In this document: piece by piece, positions 37,903 through 48,074 of the stretch
How positions within the stretch are numbered: the first letter of the stretch is position 1
Layout of the letters: every line of letters begins with the position of its first letter
Origin: an uncultured Ruminococcus sp.
Lineage (GTDB): Bacteria > Bacillota > Clostridia > Oscillospirales > CAG-272
DNA length: 64,000 bases
Assembly: GCA_964621165.1 (NCBI GenBank)
Contig: CAZULC010000003.1
Coordinates: 30,633-94,632, forward strand
Reading direction: 5' to 3'
The notes under the pieces: generated by a model
The model's database searches: none
Told to the model about the DNA's origin: nothing
The model's input: the letters and a program-made list of their open reading frames with translations, nothing else
Made by a program: the position numbers and the translations under genes

Positions 37903-39357
37903 TCATTCCTTCCGTGTTTCCGCCGCTCTGCCATACAGCCGGTTGACGTATTTCCAGTAACCCCGGTCGATTCCGTCAAGCTGCTCATCGGTGAGCCTGA
38001 ATGCCCAGTTGCCTTCCTTGACTCCGGGGACGTTCATGCGGGTGTCCGCGCCGTAGCCGAGAATGTCCTGAATCGGGAAGACAACACGGTCAGCAGGGGA
38101 GCGAAGGATTGTTTTGAGCACAGCCGGAATCGCGTCCTTCCACAGCTCTGTCGGATAGCCGATGTAGTCCATCATAGTCCGCCGTGTGGATTCGTCCGAC
38201 TCCCAAATGTAGCCGAGAAGCGTATTGTTGTCGTGGGTTCCGGAATAAGCGACGCAGTTTACGGGGTAATTGTGCGGCTGGTGGGGGCTGTTTTCGCCAA
38301 GGAACGCGAACTGGAACACGCGCATGCCCGGCAGCTTGGATTTTTCAAGCAGCTTCACAACGTCCTCGTCGATGTCGCCCAAATCCTCGGCGATAATAAG
38401 ACGCTCTCCTGCCTGCTTCTTCAACAGATTGACAAACGGAAGTCCCGGACCCTTGACCCAGCTTCCTTCTTTTGCGGTTTCAGCCTCAGCCGGAACGGAC
38501 CAGTATGCTGAAAATCCCCGGAAATGGTCGATTCGCACCCCGTCAAATATAGTGAGCAGATGCTCGATTCGGTCAAGCCACCAGCGGTAGCCGTTTTTCT
38601 TCATTGCCTTCCAGTTGTAGAGCGGATTCTCCCAAAGCTGACCCTCTGGTGAGAAATAATCCGGCGGAACACCCGCTACATTTGTGGGATGACCACCTTC
38701 GTCCAGCAGATACTCACTCGGGTTGGCATAAACGTCGCTGCTGTCGAGGTCAAGGTAGATCGGTACATCCCCGATTATCTCAATCCCACACTCGTTTGCG
38801 TAAGCCTTGATCTTACTCCACTGGGTGAAAAATGTGTACTGTATAAATTTGTGCAGGAAAAGAACGTCGGGGTCAACGTCGATATCCGGATCAAATTCCT
38901 GCCACACCGCGCCGTGATTGGCTTCTTTTTTCGCCATAAAATTGCAGAAATCAGCAATGTGCGGAGAATTTTCCATGTAAGACTCAATTTCCTCACGCTT
39001 TTCAGCCGTCACACGGGAAGCCGCCTTTGCGAGCAGGGAGAGCCGGGATGAAAAGAGCCGTTCAAACTCACAGAGATAAGGGGACGACTGTTTTGCTCCT
39101 GCCAGATCTGCATCCGTGAGAAGCCCGTCCTTTGCCAGCGTGGGCAGGTCGATGAAGTAGGGATTGCCAGCGAAAGCGGAGATAGCCTTGTAAGGGGAGC
39201 CGTACTCATCCGGCCAGTTGAAGGGAAGGGTCTGCCATATGGAGAAACCGCTCTCCGACAGCAGATCAATAAAGCGGTAAGCCGATTCGCCGAAGGAGCC
39301 GCAGCCATAATCTCCCGGCAGTGTGGAAATGTGCATCAAAATACCCGATTTTTTCAT
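37903..39357 (-). CDS. malQ: 4-alpha-glucanotransferase (amylomaltase, GH77)
   Basis: 484 aa: SGILMHISTLPGDYGCGSFG..., RIDHFRGF, and IIAEDLGDI, the characteristic GH77 motifs. Confidence 0.9.
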   Translation of the reverse strand: MKKSGILMHISTLPGDYGCGSFGESAYRFIDLLSESGFSIWQTLPFNWPDEYGSPYKAISAFAGNPYFIDLPTLAKDGLLTDADLAGAKQSSPYLCEFERLFSSRLSLLAKAASRVTAEKREEIESYMENSPHIADFCNFMAKKEANHGAVWQEFDPDIDVDPDVLFLHKFIQYTFFTQWSKIKAYANECGIEIIGDVPIYLDLDSSDVYANPSEYLLDEGGHPTNVAGVPPDYFSPEGQLWENPLYNWKAMKKNGYRWWLDRIEHLLTIFDGVRIDHFRGFSAYWSVPAEAETAKEGSWVKGPGLPFVNLLKKQAGERLIIAEDLGDIDEDVVKLLEKSKLPGMRVFQFAFLGENSPHQPHNYPVNCVAYSGTHDNNTLLGYIWESDESTRRTMMDYIGYPTELWKDAIPAVLKTILRSPADRVVFPIQDILGYGADTRMNVPGVKEGNWAFRLTDEQLDGIDRGYWKYVNRLYGRAAETRKE

Positions 39358-39508
39358 ATAAAACCTTTCCTTTGTAAAGAATTGCTTGCGATGATTTTGT
39401 ATGTATTATGTAAATATTATAACATAAAGCAGGTGAAAAATCAATATTGATTCAGCAGTTTTGGTGGAAAGTCATGCTAATGCGTAATAATATTTACTGT
39501 CGAGTATT

Positions 39509-40564
39509 CTATTCACAGAAGTCAATGGCCGAAATGTCATACCACAATAAATTTGCGTATTCTGCGGCTAAATCCCGTTCCCACCGCTCAGCCGGCTTAA
39601 ACATTGTAACCGTAAGTTTATTTTTCTTCTTTATCCATTTACCGACAACCTCGCCGTCAATCATAAGCGCGGGCATAACAATTCCAGCAAGGTTGAAGAT
39701 TCCGCGAATGTTGTCCTGACTGATAAATAAACTCTCCGTCTTCTCGTGAGCCAAAAGAAGCTGGTCAAACCCCGCAAGAAACATGCACCGCGTTATGGAT
39801 TCGCAGCAAATCCGGTTGTTTTCAATATAATAATAGATTTTGCCCCCGCATTCCACGCTTGAAACAGGCAGACGGGAAAGCCATGCCTTGATTTGCGCGG
39901 CAGTTGTACGAAAATAATACATAGCGTCATGTATATTCGAGGGACCCATGTGCGTGAAATATCGTCGGGCAATCTCAAGCATTGCTTCATCTTCCGGCAA
40001 AGGTGAAAACGGAGGAGCGAGACAAAACGTCTTCTTTTCCTTTACAACATAATTGATGAACCCGCGCTCACATAATTCCCGTATACCGCCGCCCCATCCG
40101 TCAAACATGCAGCTTTCCTCAACCTCCGTCATACCGGCTTTGCGGCAGAAAATTTTCAGCTCTTCCCGGGTCATTTCAGAATCCCTGAGGGAGTCTAAAA
40201 TAAGGTTCGCAAAATACTCTGACGCTTGGGCGTTAGTGCAAACTTGTCCCGCTGATTGTGTAGTAGGTATACCAATTCCAGTCACGCCGACGGTAATCAC
40301 GCTCATTTCTGCAGTGGATGAACAAAGGCAGGTCTTACTCTGAAAACACATGCACCGTACCCCTGACAGTCCAGTTTTTCACCAGTCCCGTTCCCATAGC
40401 GTCCTCGCGAAAATCCGAGCACACCTGATTCTGAGCGAGTGGAAGACATTTCCCATAAACTGAGCCTGCACCCCGCATAAATCATGCAGCACGGTCTTTG
40501 TATCCGAAGGTTCCAATAAATGCTGATTCGCCATCTGACGAATTTTAATCCCGTCCAAAGTCAT
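39509..40564 (-). pseudogene. YcaQ-like winged-helix DNA-binding (DUF1006) protein, frameshifted
   Basis: The N-terminal 61 codons (40564-40379), the conserved GLVKNWTVRGTVHVFSE block, and the C-terminal 280 codons (40351-39509) lie in three different frames. One shift is at an A5 run near 40375. Confidence 0.65.
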
Positions 40565-40824
40565 CGTAGTTTCCCCGTAGGATTAGGTTGGATATTATGA
40601 TATAATTATACCAGATTTGAGGTAGTTTTTCAACCGTATTGACGATTTATATGGGATTGATATAATAGATCAGGGTGATATAAATCAATAAAACCCGTTT
40701 GATATTGCCGCTGGAATGCACTTATTAATAATGATCCCCCCATAAAACAAAACTGACTCTGCCGAAAAACAAAGTCAGTATGCCATATGCGCCAATGTAT
40801 ATTTTCTGCCTTAGTCCCTCTCTC

Positions 40825-42282
40825 TTATTCCATCTCCTCAAAATTCGCGATCATCTTCTCCAATGATTTGCCAGCCGCTTTTTCCTTTGATTTATAGTAC
40901 GACGCGACTTCCTGGGTGCTTTCGAGTATGTCACCGAGGATATTGTTCATCAGCAGGTCATATCCATAAGCAAAACCTATGGTTCTCGTGTCCGAGATAA
41001 GCTGGAGCATTTCTGCGTCGTCCGGTGCGTCAGCCGCTCTTGACTTAAGCGCAACCTCAAAGTACGCCGGAAGCACATGGTTGTAGTTGTAGCAGCTCAT
41101 TGCCTCGCAGATTGTGCCGACTATTTCCTGCTGCTCTCCCATGACGGTTTTTGGAATTGCCCACGGCACGTCTGTACAGCAGTTTATGTAGTTTTCCTGA
41201 TTCTCATCCAGCTTTGGAGTGGGCAGGAAGCCGTATTTTATGTCGCTGATTCTGATGTAGTCGTAAGCGTCGCCGACCTGTGTATAGGCAAACAGTGCGT
41301 TTCCTTTTTCAAACATGTCCGTGCCAAAGTCGCCGCTTGACACATACCTGTCCTTGTTTGTCAGCTCACGCATGATGTTCACAAATTTGTCCACTCTGTC
41401 CACGTCAAAGTCCATGTAGATTTCGCCGTTTGCGTCATGTCTGTACACGGGCAGATCGACGCTTTCCTGGAGACAATACCATGTCTGACTGCCGGATGTG
41501 AATCCAACCTTGTCTTTTTCGTTCATCTTGCCGTTGCCGTCATAGTCGTAGGAAACGTCCTCGGTTAGCGAATTCAGAGTGTCGAGAGTCCACGTGCCCT
41601 CGCGAACCATGTCGTAGAGCGAATCCATGTGAAGATCCTCCGCCCATTCCTTGTTGTATATAATGGCACGGGTCCAGTGCAGTCCACAGTAGCTTATGTA
41701 GCTAGAAGCCGCGTACATCTTGCCGGCGATAGTCCATGACTCAACTGTGTTGTCAGGCCACCACGGCTTGTCAAAATTGAACTGTTCAAAGTCGTACATG
41801 TTGCGCAGCAGTCCCTCCTTGCCCAACCCCAATGTGTTTTTATCTTGACCGATAAGAATGTCAAAGGCGTCGTCTCCCGCGTTGATGGCGGTTCTCGAGG
41901 TGTTCATTCCGTCCGTCTCGTTGCCTGTTTCAATCCACGATATCGCGGTGTCGAATCTGTCCTCAATGTTTATCTTGGATTCATACAGCGCGTCGTTAAC
42001 TGGAACGCCGGTGTAATCGTCAAAGGTCATATAGGTGGCCAGTTCTTTATTGTAGAATTGACATGACAGTATGCGGAAAGCGTAGCCGTCGAATTTTACG
42101 TCGGGCAGGTCGTCGCTGATGTATTCGGTCTCGTTGACGCTTTCGGCCTCTGTCTCCGAATAAGGATTTGCGGTTGGAACAGGCTCAGTCTCATCCGTTG
42201 CGGTCTCAGAACATGAAACCAAACATGACGACAGCATTAATATGCTCAGAGCGAGTGCCAGTATTTGCTGATGTTTTTTCAT
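40825..42282 (-). CDS. extracellular solute-binding lipoprotein, orphan (paralog of 21521..23026)
   Basis: Signal plus lipobox (ILMLSSCLVSCSE). Shares blocks with the other SBP (EGTWTLD, NGNGKMNEKDKVGF, IPWAIP). No transporter genes adjacent. Confidence 0.75.
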   Translation of the reverse strand: MKKHQQILALALSILMLSSCLVSCSETATDETEPVPTANPYSETEAESVNETEYISDDLPDVKFDGYAFRILSCQFYNKELATYMTFDDYTGVPVNDALYESKINIEDRFDTAISWIETGNETDGMNTSRTAINAGDDAFDILIGQDKNTLGLGKEGLLRNMYDFEQFNFDKPWWPDNTVESWTIAGKMYAASSYISYCGLHWTRAIIYNKEWAEDLHMDSLYDMVREGTWTLDTLNSLTEDVSYDYDGNGKMNEKDKVGFTSGSQTWYCLQESVDLPVYRHDANGEIYMDFDVDRVDKFVNIMRELTNKDRYVSSGDFGTDMFEKGNALFAYTQVGDAYDYIRISDIKYGFLPTPKLDENQENYINCCTDVPWAIPKTVMGEQQEIVGTICEAMSCYNYNHVLPAYFEVALKSRAADAPDDAEMLQLISDTRTIGFAYGYDLLMNNILGDILESTQEVASYYKSKEKAAGKSLEKMIANFEEME

Positions 42283-42712
42283 TGAACTATACTCCTTTTT
42301 TATTAAGTAATCACCAAATAAGCTCTGCGATTACTAAATTTTATTTGGTGTGTTGCTGATTATATTATAGTCAATCAAAAAGGCAATGTCAACATACAAA
42401 TGTGTAAAAAGACAAAATTTGACCATAAAATGTTGCAAAAAGGCCAGTAAAAAGGGGTGCAATTTTGTGCGAAATGAGTTATAATAGAGTATACGAAAAA
42501 ACTCATAAAAACATTATGGAATATGCCCTCTCAAAAAGTCATCAGACATGAAGAAATTGGTGTATGATGTTAAACATAATTGCGTAATGAAAATTCATTC
42601 GACTGAAAAAATGATACCTTTTGAATATGAAAAAAGTATAAACCAAATTTTGTCCTATTTCGATAAAATAATGTCCAGCCTGCGGTTGAAAAAGAGGAAG
42701 AAAGACGTAATA

Positions 42713-44389
42713 ATGAAGCCTGAGACAATATTTCCGCTGTGTTGTACAATAATGCTGATTTTGTTTCTTTTGTCGTCGTGTACTCCGAAGTTGACGGAGG
42801 GAGATGGCGCGCTTGCGGAAACATCCGGTTCTGAGCCTGACTACCCCAAATATTCGGTCAGCCCACCTGCATGGGCGGCGGAAGTAAACTTCGACAGCAA
42901 TGATTCCTCCGAAAAAGCAGTGACGAGAGCTGACGGTCAATCAACCATGTATGTGGACTCTTATGACGAAAACTTCGGCGCGGTTACGAAAATCACGGCT
43001 TACGCTGAGGACAACGAAAACTTCCCCTGCGATATCGTCGGTTATAAGGACGCGAAGACCCTCACCTACTGGCTCTTTCTTCCATGCACAGCGAACCTTT
43101 CAGAAATCAAAGTCCGAACGCTTCACGAAAACAACACGGAGACCGGCGTGTACACCCTTGACTTCACCGAAAAAGAGTACGGCGTGAATATGGGTCAGGA
43201 TTACTTCACCGTCGAAGCAATGCAGTCGGACATCCCAAGCCTGTTTATCGAAATAGACGAGAGCGAGGGGAGCATCAATAAAATGAACTCGGACCCAAAC
43301 CACACCACCTTCTGCTTCGGCGAACTGACGCTTCTTGTGACCGACGGGCTGGCAAAAGAGCGCGGCTGGAAAACGGAGTATAAGTCAAAGGAAAACGATT
43401 ACTCGACTCCGGGAAGCATAAAGATGCGCGGACGGGGTAACTGGACATGGAATCAGGATAAAAAGCCGTATCAGATTACATTTGAGAAGAAGACTGACCT
43501 GCTCGGCATGGGAGAAGCTAAAAACTACCTGCTGCTCGCTAATGTAATGGACGCGTCACTTCTGCGGAACCAGATTTTCTACGACCTTGCGGATGAAATG
43601 GGACTTGCGTTTTCGCCGGATATAGAACCTGTCGACGTGTTCCTGAACGGTGAGTACATGGGTTCATATTCGCTCTCGGAAAAAGTGGAGGTTGGCGAAA
43701 ACCGCGTCGACATTGACAAAGACGGGGACTTCCTTCTTGAGCTTGACCATTACTATTTCAACGAGACCTACACCTTCGAGACAAACTGCGGATATCACTT
43801 CACCATGCACAACCGTGAGGATGAGGAGAGCCTTAAAGAAATAAACAAAATCATTAACAAAATCGAGAGAAGCGTCTGCAGCGAGGACAGCACCGACTAC
43901 ATGGACTGCATTGACGTGGATTCGTGGGTGAAATACTGGTGGATTCAGGACCTTTCCCGCAACAACGACACCTTCATCGGAAGCAATTTCTTCTACTACG
44001 CCGCATCCGAGGAAAAGCTCTACGCCGGTCCAATCTGGGATATGGACAACACTCTTGGAATCTGGGGAAGCGGGGAAAATCTCATGTCAAAGGGCTGGCA
44101 CTCCGACGACCGGGGCTGGCTTGGACATCTCTACAAAAATCCTGCTTTTAACTCGGCTTTAGTCGATTACTACACAAACGGCGGACTCAGGGAGCTTTTC
44201 GCTTCACTTCCGGATAAAATCGATGGATACGCCGCATACATCGAAAAAAGCTACCGGATGAACTACATAGTAAACAGAAAGCAATATTTTGTGGACTGCG
44301 GCTGCGAGACCTTTGAAGACGACATAGCTTACCTCAAAAATTTTATAACCGACCGGCTTGATTGGTACGACAAAAGACTCGCGAAGTAA
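42713..44389 (+). CDS. cotH: CotH kinase family lipoprotein
   Basis: MKPETIFPLCCTIMLILFLLSSC lipobox. CotH core IKMRGRGNWTWNQDKKPYQITFEKKTDLLGMGEAKNYLLLAN...VDVFLNGEYMGSYSLSEKVE. The ORF-track start at 42548 is unlikely. Confidence 0.8.
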   Translation: MKPETIFPLCCTIMLILFLLSSCTPKLTEGDGALAETSGSEPDYPKYSVSPPAWAAEVNFDSNDSSEKAVTRADGQSTMYVDSYDENFGAVTKITAYAEDNENFPCDIVGYKDAKTLTYWLFLPCTANLSEIKVRTLHENNTETGVYTLDFTEKEYGVNMGQDYFTVEAMQSDIPSLFIEIDESEGSINKMNSDPNHTTFCFGELTLLVTDGLAKERGWKTEYKSKENDYSTPGSIKMRGRGNWTWNQDKKPYQITFEKKTDLLGMGEAKNYLLLANVMDASLLRNQIFYDLADEMGLAFSPDIEPVDVFLNGEYMGSYSLSEKVEVGENRVDIDKDGDFLLELDHYYFNETYTFETNCGYHFTMHNREDEESLKEINKIINKIERSVCSEDSTDYMDCIDVDSWVKYWWIQDLSRNNDTFIGSNFFYYAASEEKLYAGPIWDMDNTLGIWGSGENLMSKGWHSDDRGWLGHLYKNPAFNSALVDYYTNGGLRELFASLPDKIDGYAAYIEKSYRMNYIVNRKQYFVDCGCETFEDDIAYLKNFITDRLDWYDKRLAK

Positions 44390-44495
44390 CATCAGCTTGA
44401 AACAAATCAAATATATAAAACAGTATCAAATCAGCTCTCAGGCAGTAAGGGCTGTTTAGATAAAATAACCAAAATAATCAGGAGGAAATAAAAAA

Positions 44496-45845
44496 ATGAA
44501 AAAACTGCTATCATTGATCCTGTGCGCTCTCATGATCTCCATGAGCTTTGCGTCCTGCGCAGGAAAGGAAGACCAAGAGGGAAGCGGTTCGCCGGACAAT
44601 CAGACAGAAGCCGTCACTGAAGGCTCCACACCTGAAACGGAAGCCGCAACCGACGCTCCCGAAGCCCAAACTGAGCCGGCAGAAACTGAACCAGAGGCAT
44701 ATGTCTACACTCCCGACCCGAGCAATAAGTACACCGGAGGAGTCGGAGTTGGAACATATTCCACAAGCCTGACCTACAAGAGCGTCAAGGTAGTCAACAA
44801 CGCTGACCGTGAAGTCCTGCTTGACACAAAGTTCGAAAACCTCGACGGCTGGAATTATGTAACAACGAGCGGCGGCTCATGGGATTCAAGCAACACCGGA
44901 GACTGGGCTGTAGGTGATGACGGCGTTACCTTTGCTGACACCAGCTCCACAGGCGCGACAATCTGGTACGGCGACACCCAGTGGGGCAACTACAATCTTC
45001 AGGTAAAAGGCGTTGCTAACGAAGGTGCTGAGGCTCTAAGAGTATTCTTTGCCTACAAGGACACCGACAACTATTATGTATTCAACATCGGCGGCTGGAA
45101 CAACACCGTAGCCTGCGTTCAGTGCGTGGTTGACGGAGTTGAAACAGTAACTGACAAGATACCGATTCACCTCAATTATGGCGAGGAGTACATGGTATCG
45201 GTCAACGTAGGTCCCAGCGTTGTAAACGGATTCCTCAACGGCGAGCAGCTGTTCAGTATCGGCGGAGAAGAACCTGACAGTCCTTTCGTTGGCGCGGCTG
45301 GATTCGGTCACTGGTCAACGGAGGCGTATATCGACAACATCAAGGTTGTAAGCTTTGACGATGGAAGCGTGCTTTACGAAAACGACTTCGCCGACGAGAG
45401 CAAGCTTGAGGATCTGAAACACGACCTCGCCACATATTCCGATGGCACCTACAGAGGAAGCGAAGAATGCTTTGAGTGGGAAGACGGAACGCTCCACCAG
45501 ACAGACTCATCCACAACAGGCGTAATTTCATACTTCGGCGATACGTCATGGAGCAACTACATTTATTCAATTGACGTTATGCCGGTTGCCGGTACTGAAG
45601 GCGCTACAATTCTCGGAGCAATCGACCTCGATACTCCAAGCTACGTGCTTTACAATTGCGGCGGATGGTCCAATACAAAGGGCTGCTGGCAGACCTACAA
45701 CGCAGGAACAAATCAAGCGTATGACGGTGATGGACTTGACAAGAGCCTTACATATAACGAATGGCACACACTGCAGCTTGTAGTACTCGATTACGCAATC
45801 TTCTCCTACATCGACGGCGAATTCTGTCAGTCATGGTGGAACTGA
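44496..45845 (+). CDS. lipoprotein with two concanavalin/LamG-like (CBM-like) domains
   Basis: Lipobox SFASC, acidic T/E/P linker, and two repeats of the pattern GDTxWxNYxxxV...EGAxxL...DxxNYYVFNIGGWNNT. Confidence 0.65.
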   Translation: MKKLLSLILCALMISMSFASCAGKEDQEGSGSPDNQTEAVTEGSTPETEAATDAPEAQTEPAETEPEAYVYTPDPSNKYTGGVGVGTYSTSLTYKSVKVVNNADREVLLDTKFENLDGWNYVTTSGGSWDSSNTGDWAVGDDGVTFADTSSTGATIWYGDTQWGNYNLQVKGVANEGAEALRVFFAYKDTDNYYVFNIGGWNNTVACVQCVVDGVETVTDKIPIHLNYGEEYMVSVNVGPSVVNGFLNGEQLFSIGGEEPDSPFVGAAGFGHWSTEAYIDNIKVVSFDDGSVLYENDFADESKLEDLKHDLATYSDGTYRGSEECFEWEDGTLHQTDSSTTGVISYFGDTSWSNYIYSIDVMPVAGTEGATILGAIDLDTPSYVLYNCGGWSNTKGCWQTYNAGTNQAYDGDGLDKSLTYNEWHTLQLVVLDYAIFSYIDGEFCQSWWN

Positions 45846-45913
45846 TAAAGCAGGTTTGCGTATAACGGGAAATATCAGCCGCGTGATAAAATTTAATGAA
45901 GCATAAAAGTAAA

Positions 45914-45947
45914 AACCTCCTGTTAAATAAAACAACGGGAGGTTTTA
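45914..45947 (+). terminator. terminator after the lectin-fold lipoprotein gene
   Basis: AACCTCC (45914-45920) / GGAGGTT (45938-45944) followed by TTTT. Confidence 0.55.
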
Positions 45948-46048
45948 CTATTGCTTTTTATAAAAAAATTCATTTTTGAGTACGAGTCCGGCGAGGCTCA
46001 TGTTATGCAGGATAGGCAGAATTATTCATATAAAAATGTAAAAATACC

Positions 46049-46077
46049 TTGACTTTCCCTTTATTCTATGTTATAAT
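46049..46077 (+). promoter_or_regulatory. consensus sigma-70 promoter
   Basis: TTGACT (46049-46054), 17 nt, TATAAT (46072-46077). Confidence 0.7.
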
Positions 46078-46097
46078 ACAAACGAAGGGAGGACAGG

Positions 46098-46250
46098 ATG
46101 AATAATTACATCAAAAAAATACGACATATAACATCAAGTAAATCCCAAGCAAAGGCTTGTTTCAAGTCTCAGCCGTGGTTATTACTTGATTTTTTTGTTG
46201 CGTTTATTAATTCATCCTCCCTGAAAATATATTTTATGGAGGTTTTGTAA
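46098..46250 (+). pseudogene. 50-codon 5' fragment resembling an ABC exporter N-terminus
   Basis: GGGAGG RBS. MNNYIKKIRHITSSKSQAKACFKSQPWLLLDFFVAFIN parallels the N-terminus of the next ORF (MNKIKRHITNVKKS...SSQPVLAVLYIIF). Ends at TAA 46248-46250. Confidence 0.5.
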
Positions 46251-46253
46251 TTA

Positions 46254-48071
46254 TTGAATAAGATTAAGCGGCACATTACCAACGTGAAAAAATCCTGCAC
46301 AGCGGAATGGTATGTGGTAAAGCTGCTGTTTTCATCCCAGCCGGTATTAGCAGTGTTGTACATCATTTTCCACACGCTGAGCTATCCTGTTTCTCTCGTC
46401 AATATCTTCCTTTGGAAGGAGGTGCTGGACGCCCTGACTGAAGGGAAAAACACGGATTTGAAGCGCATAATATTTTTAGTATGTCTGTACCTGCTTCTGA
46501 CGATTTTTATATCCTGCTTGGGCAAAATCAATTTTGGTATAATCCGCCCAGCCTTGTATATGAAATCCCAAAAGCAGCTGGACGAGCGCATTATGAAGAA
46601 AATGTCAGAGCTGGATTTATCCTTTTTTGACGAACCCGAAAATCAGGATATGCTCCAGGTTGCTCAGAACAGCAAGCAGCAGGTCAGCGACGCCATGACA
46701 TATTTTGTCCGCGAGTCTGTCAATACTGTTACATTTGTTATAGGGCTGGACTGTTTTCTCTCAATTTAGACTGTAGTCGGATATGCGTATTTGCTGACAA
46801 ATCTACCGAGTGTCCTGATCAACCATAACAATAATGTGAAAATGGATCGTTTATCAATCAGAAGTGTTTCGGAAAATCGGGAAAAGGACTATTATCGGAG
46901 TCTGCTGACAACGAGCAGCTACGCAAAGGATTTACGGCTGTATAATCTGCGCACATACTGGCTGGAAAAATACCAAAACATATGGAATAAGCTTAGAGCT
47001 GAGCGTGCGAAAATTTTCACCCGCGGCGTAATGCTCTCGGGCATATCCCTCTTGTTGTCAGCCGCGGGAAGTATTCTTATTGTAGTATATTCCTCATATT
47101 CGGTGCTGAAAGGCGGAATGACAATCGGCACATTAACTATGTTTTTGTCCTTCGCGGAAAAATCCAAAGTATGTTTTTGGCATTATGTCATTCCTTTCCC
47201 AATCATATCAAGGTCACGATTCCTCATATTCTTCGTTTTATGGAATTTTTGTCCCTTCCTTTTCAGAATATCAAGGGAGAGGAGCCAATCGAACAGAAAC
47301 CCCCGTCAATTGAGTTTCAGAATGTTTCCTTCCATTATCCAAATGATGAGAAGAATGTTCTGCAAAACCTGAATTTAACCATTGCTCCCGGTAAAAAAGT
47401 CCTTTTGGTAGGGCAGAACGGCTCAAGAAAGACCACAATCATGAAATTGCTGCTCAGGTTTTACCGACCGACAGAAGGTCAGATTCTGATTAACGGCAAA
47501 AATATAGAATCTTATTCGCAAAAAGAATTATATCGTGTTTTCAGCGTATGCTTCCAATAAACTGAGCAATATGCCATGACCCTGCGGGAAAATATCGCAA
47601 TATTCGACGTTGACAGGATAGATGAAACGGAATCCATAAAGTCGGCTGCCCATAAGGCTGAGGTTGACGCGATTTACAAGTCCCTTCCCGAGGGCCTTGA
47701 CGCGGACTTGACAAAGAGCTTCAAACAGTAAAGGTCATGTGCTGTCCGGCGGGCAGTGGCAGAAGATTGGGCTGTCAAGAGTGTTTTAAGTGACTCAGTC
47801 TTTATGATTTTTGACGAACCTTCATCCCTTGAATCCGGACGCTGAAAACTTCGTGTTTGAATCCATCAGGACCTTGTGTCAGAACAAAGGCGGATTGATT
47901 ATCTCCTGCAGGCTGACCGCAGTTCCTTTGGCGGACGAAATTATATTCTTGAATGATGGAAAAATCAGCGAAGCCGGAACGCACAGTGAATCAATTAAAC
48001 ATAACGGTGAATATGCTAACATGTACCGACTGCAGGCTGACAAATATAAACTGATCAAGAAGGAGGCATAA
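46254..48071 (+). pseudogene. ABC exporter, fused permease/ATPase (pair C, gene 1), heavily disrupted
   Basis: Readable pieces occur in all three frames. In-frame TAA at 47558-47560 (VCFQ*TEQYAMTLRENI), LSGGQWQKIGLSRVF in one frame then LSDSVFMIFDEPSS in another (T4 run near 47783), further shifts near 46770, 47170, 47730 and 47830. Walker A is degenerate (GQNGSRKTT). Confidence 0.75.
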
Positions 48072-48074
48072 ATC

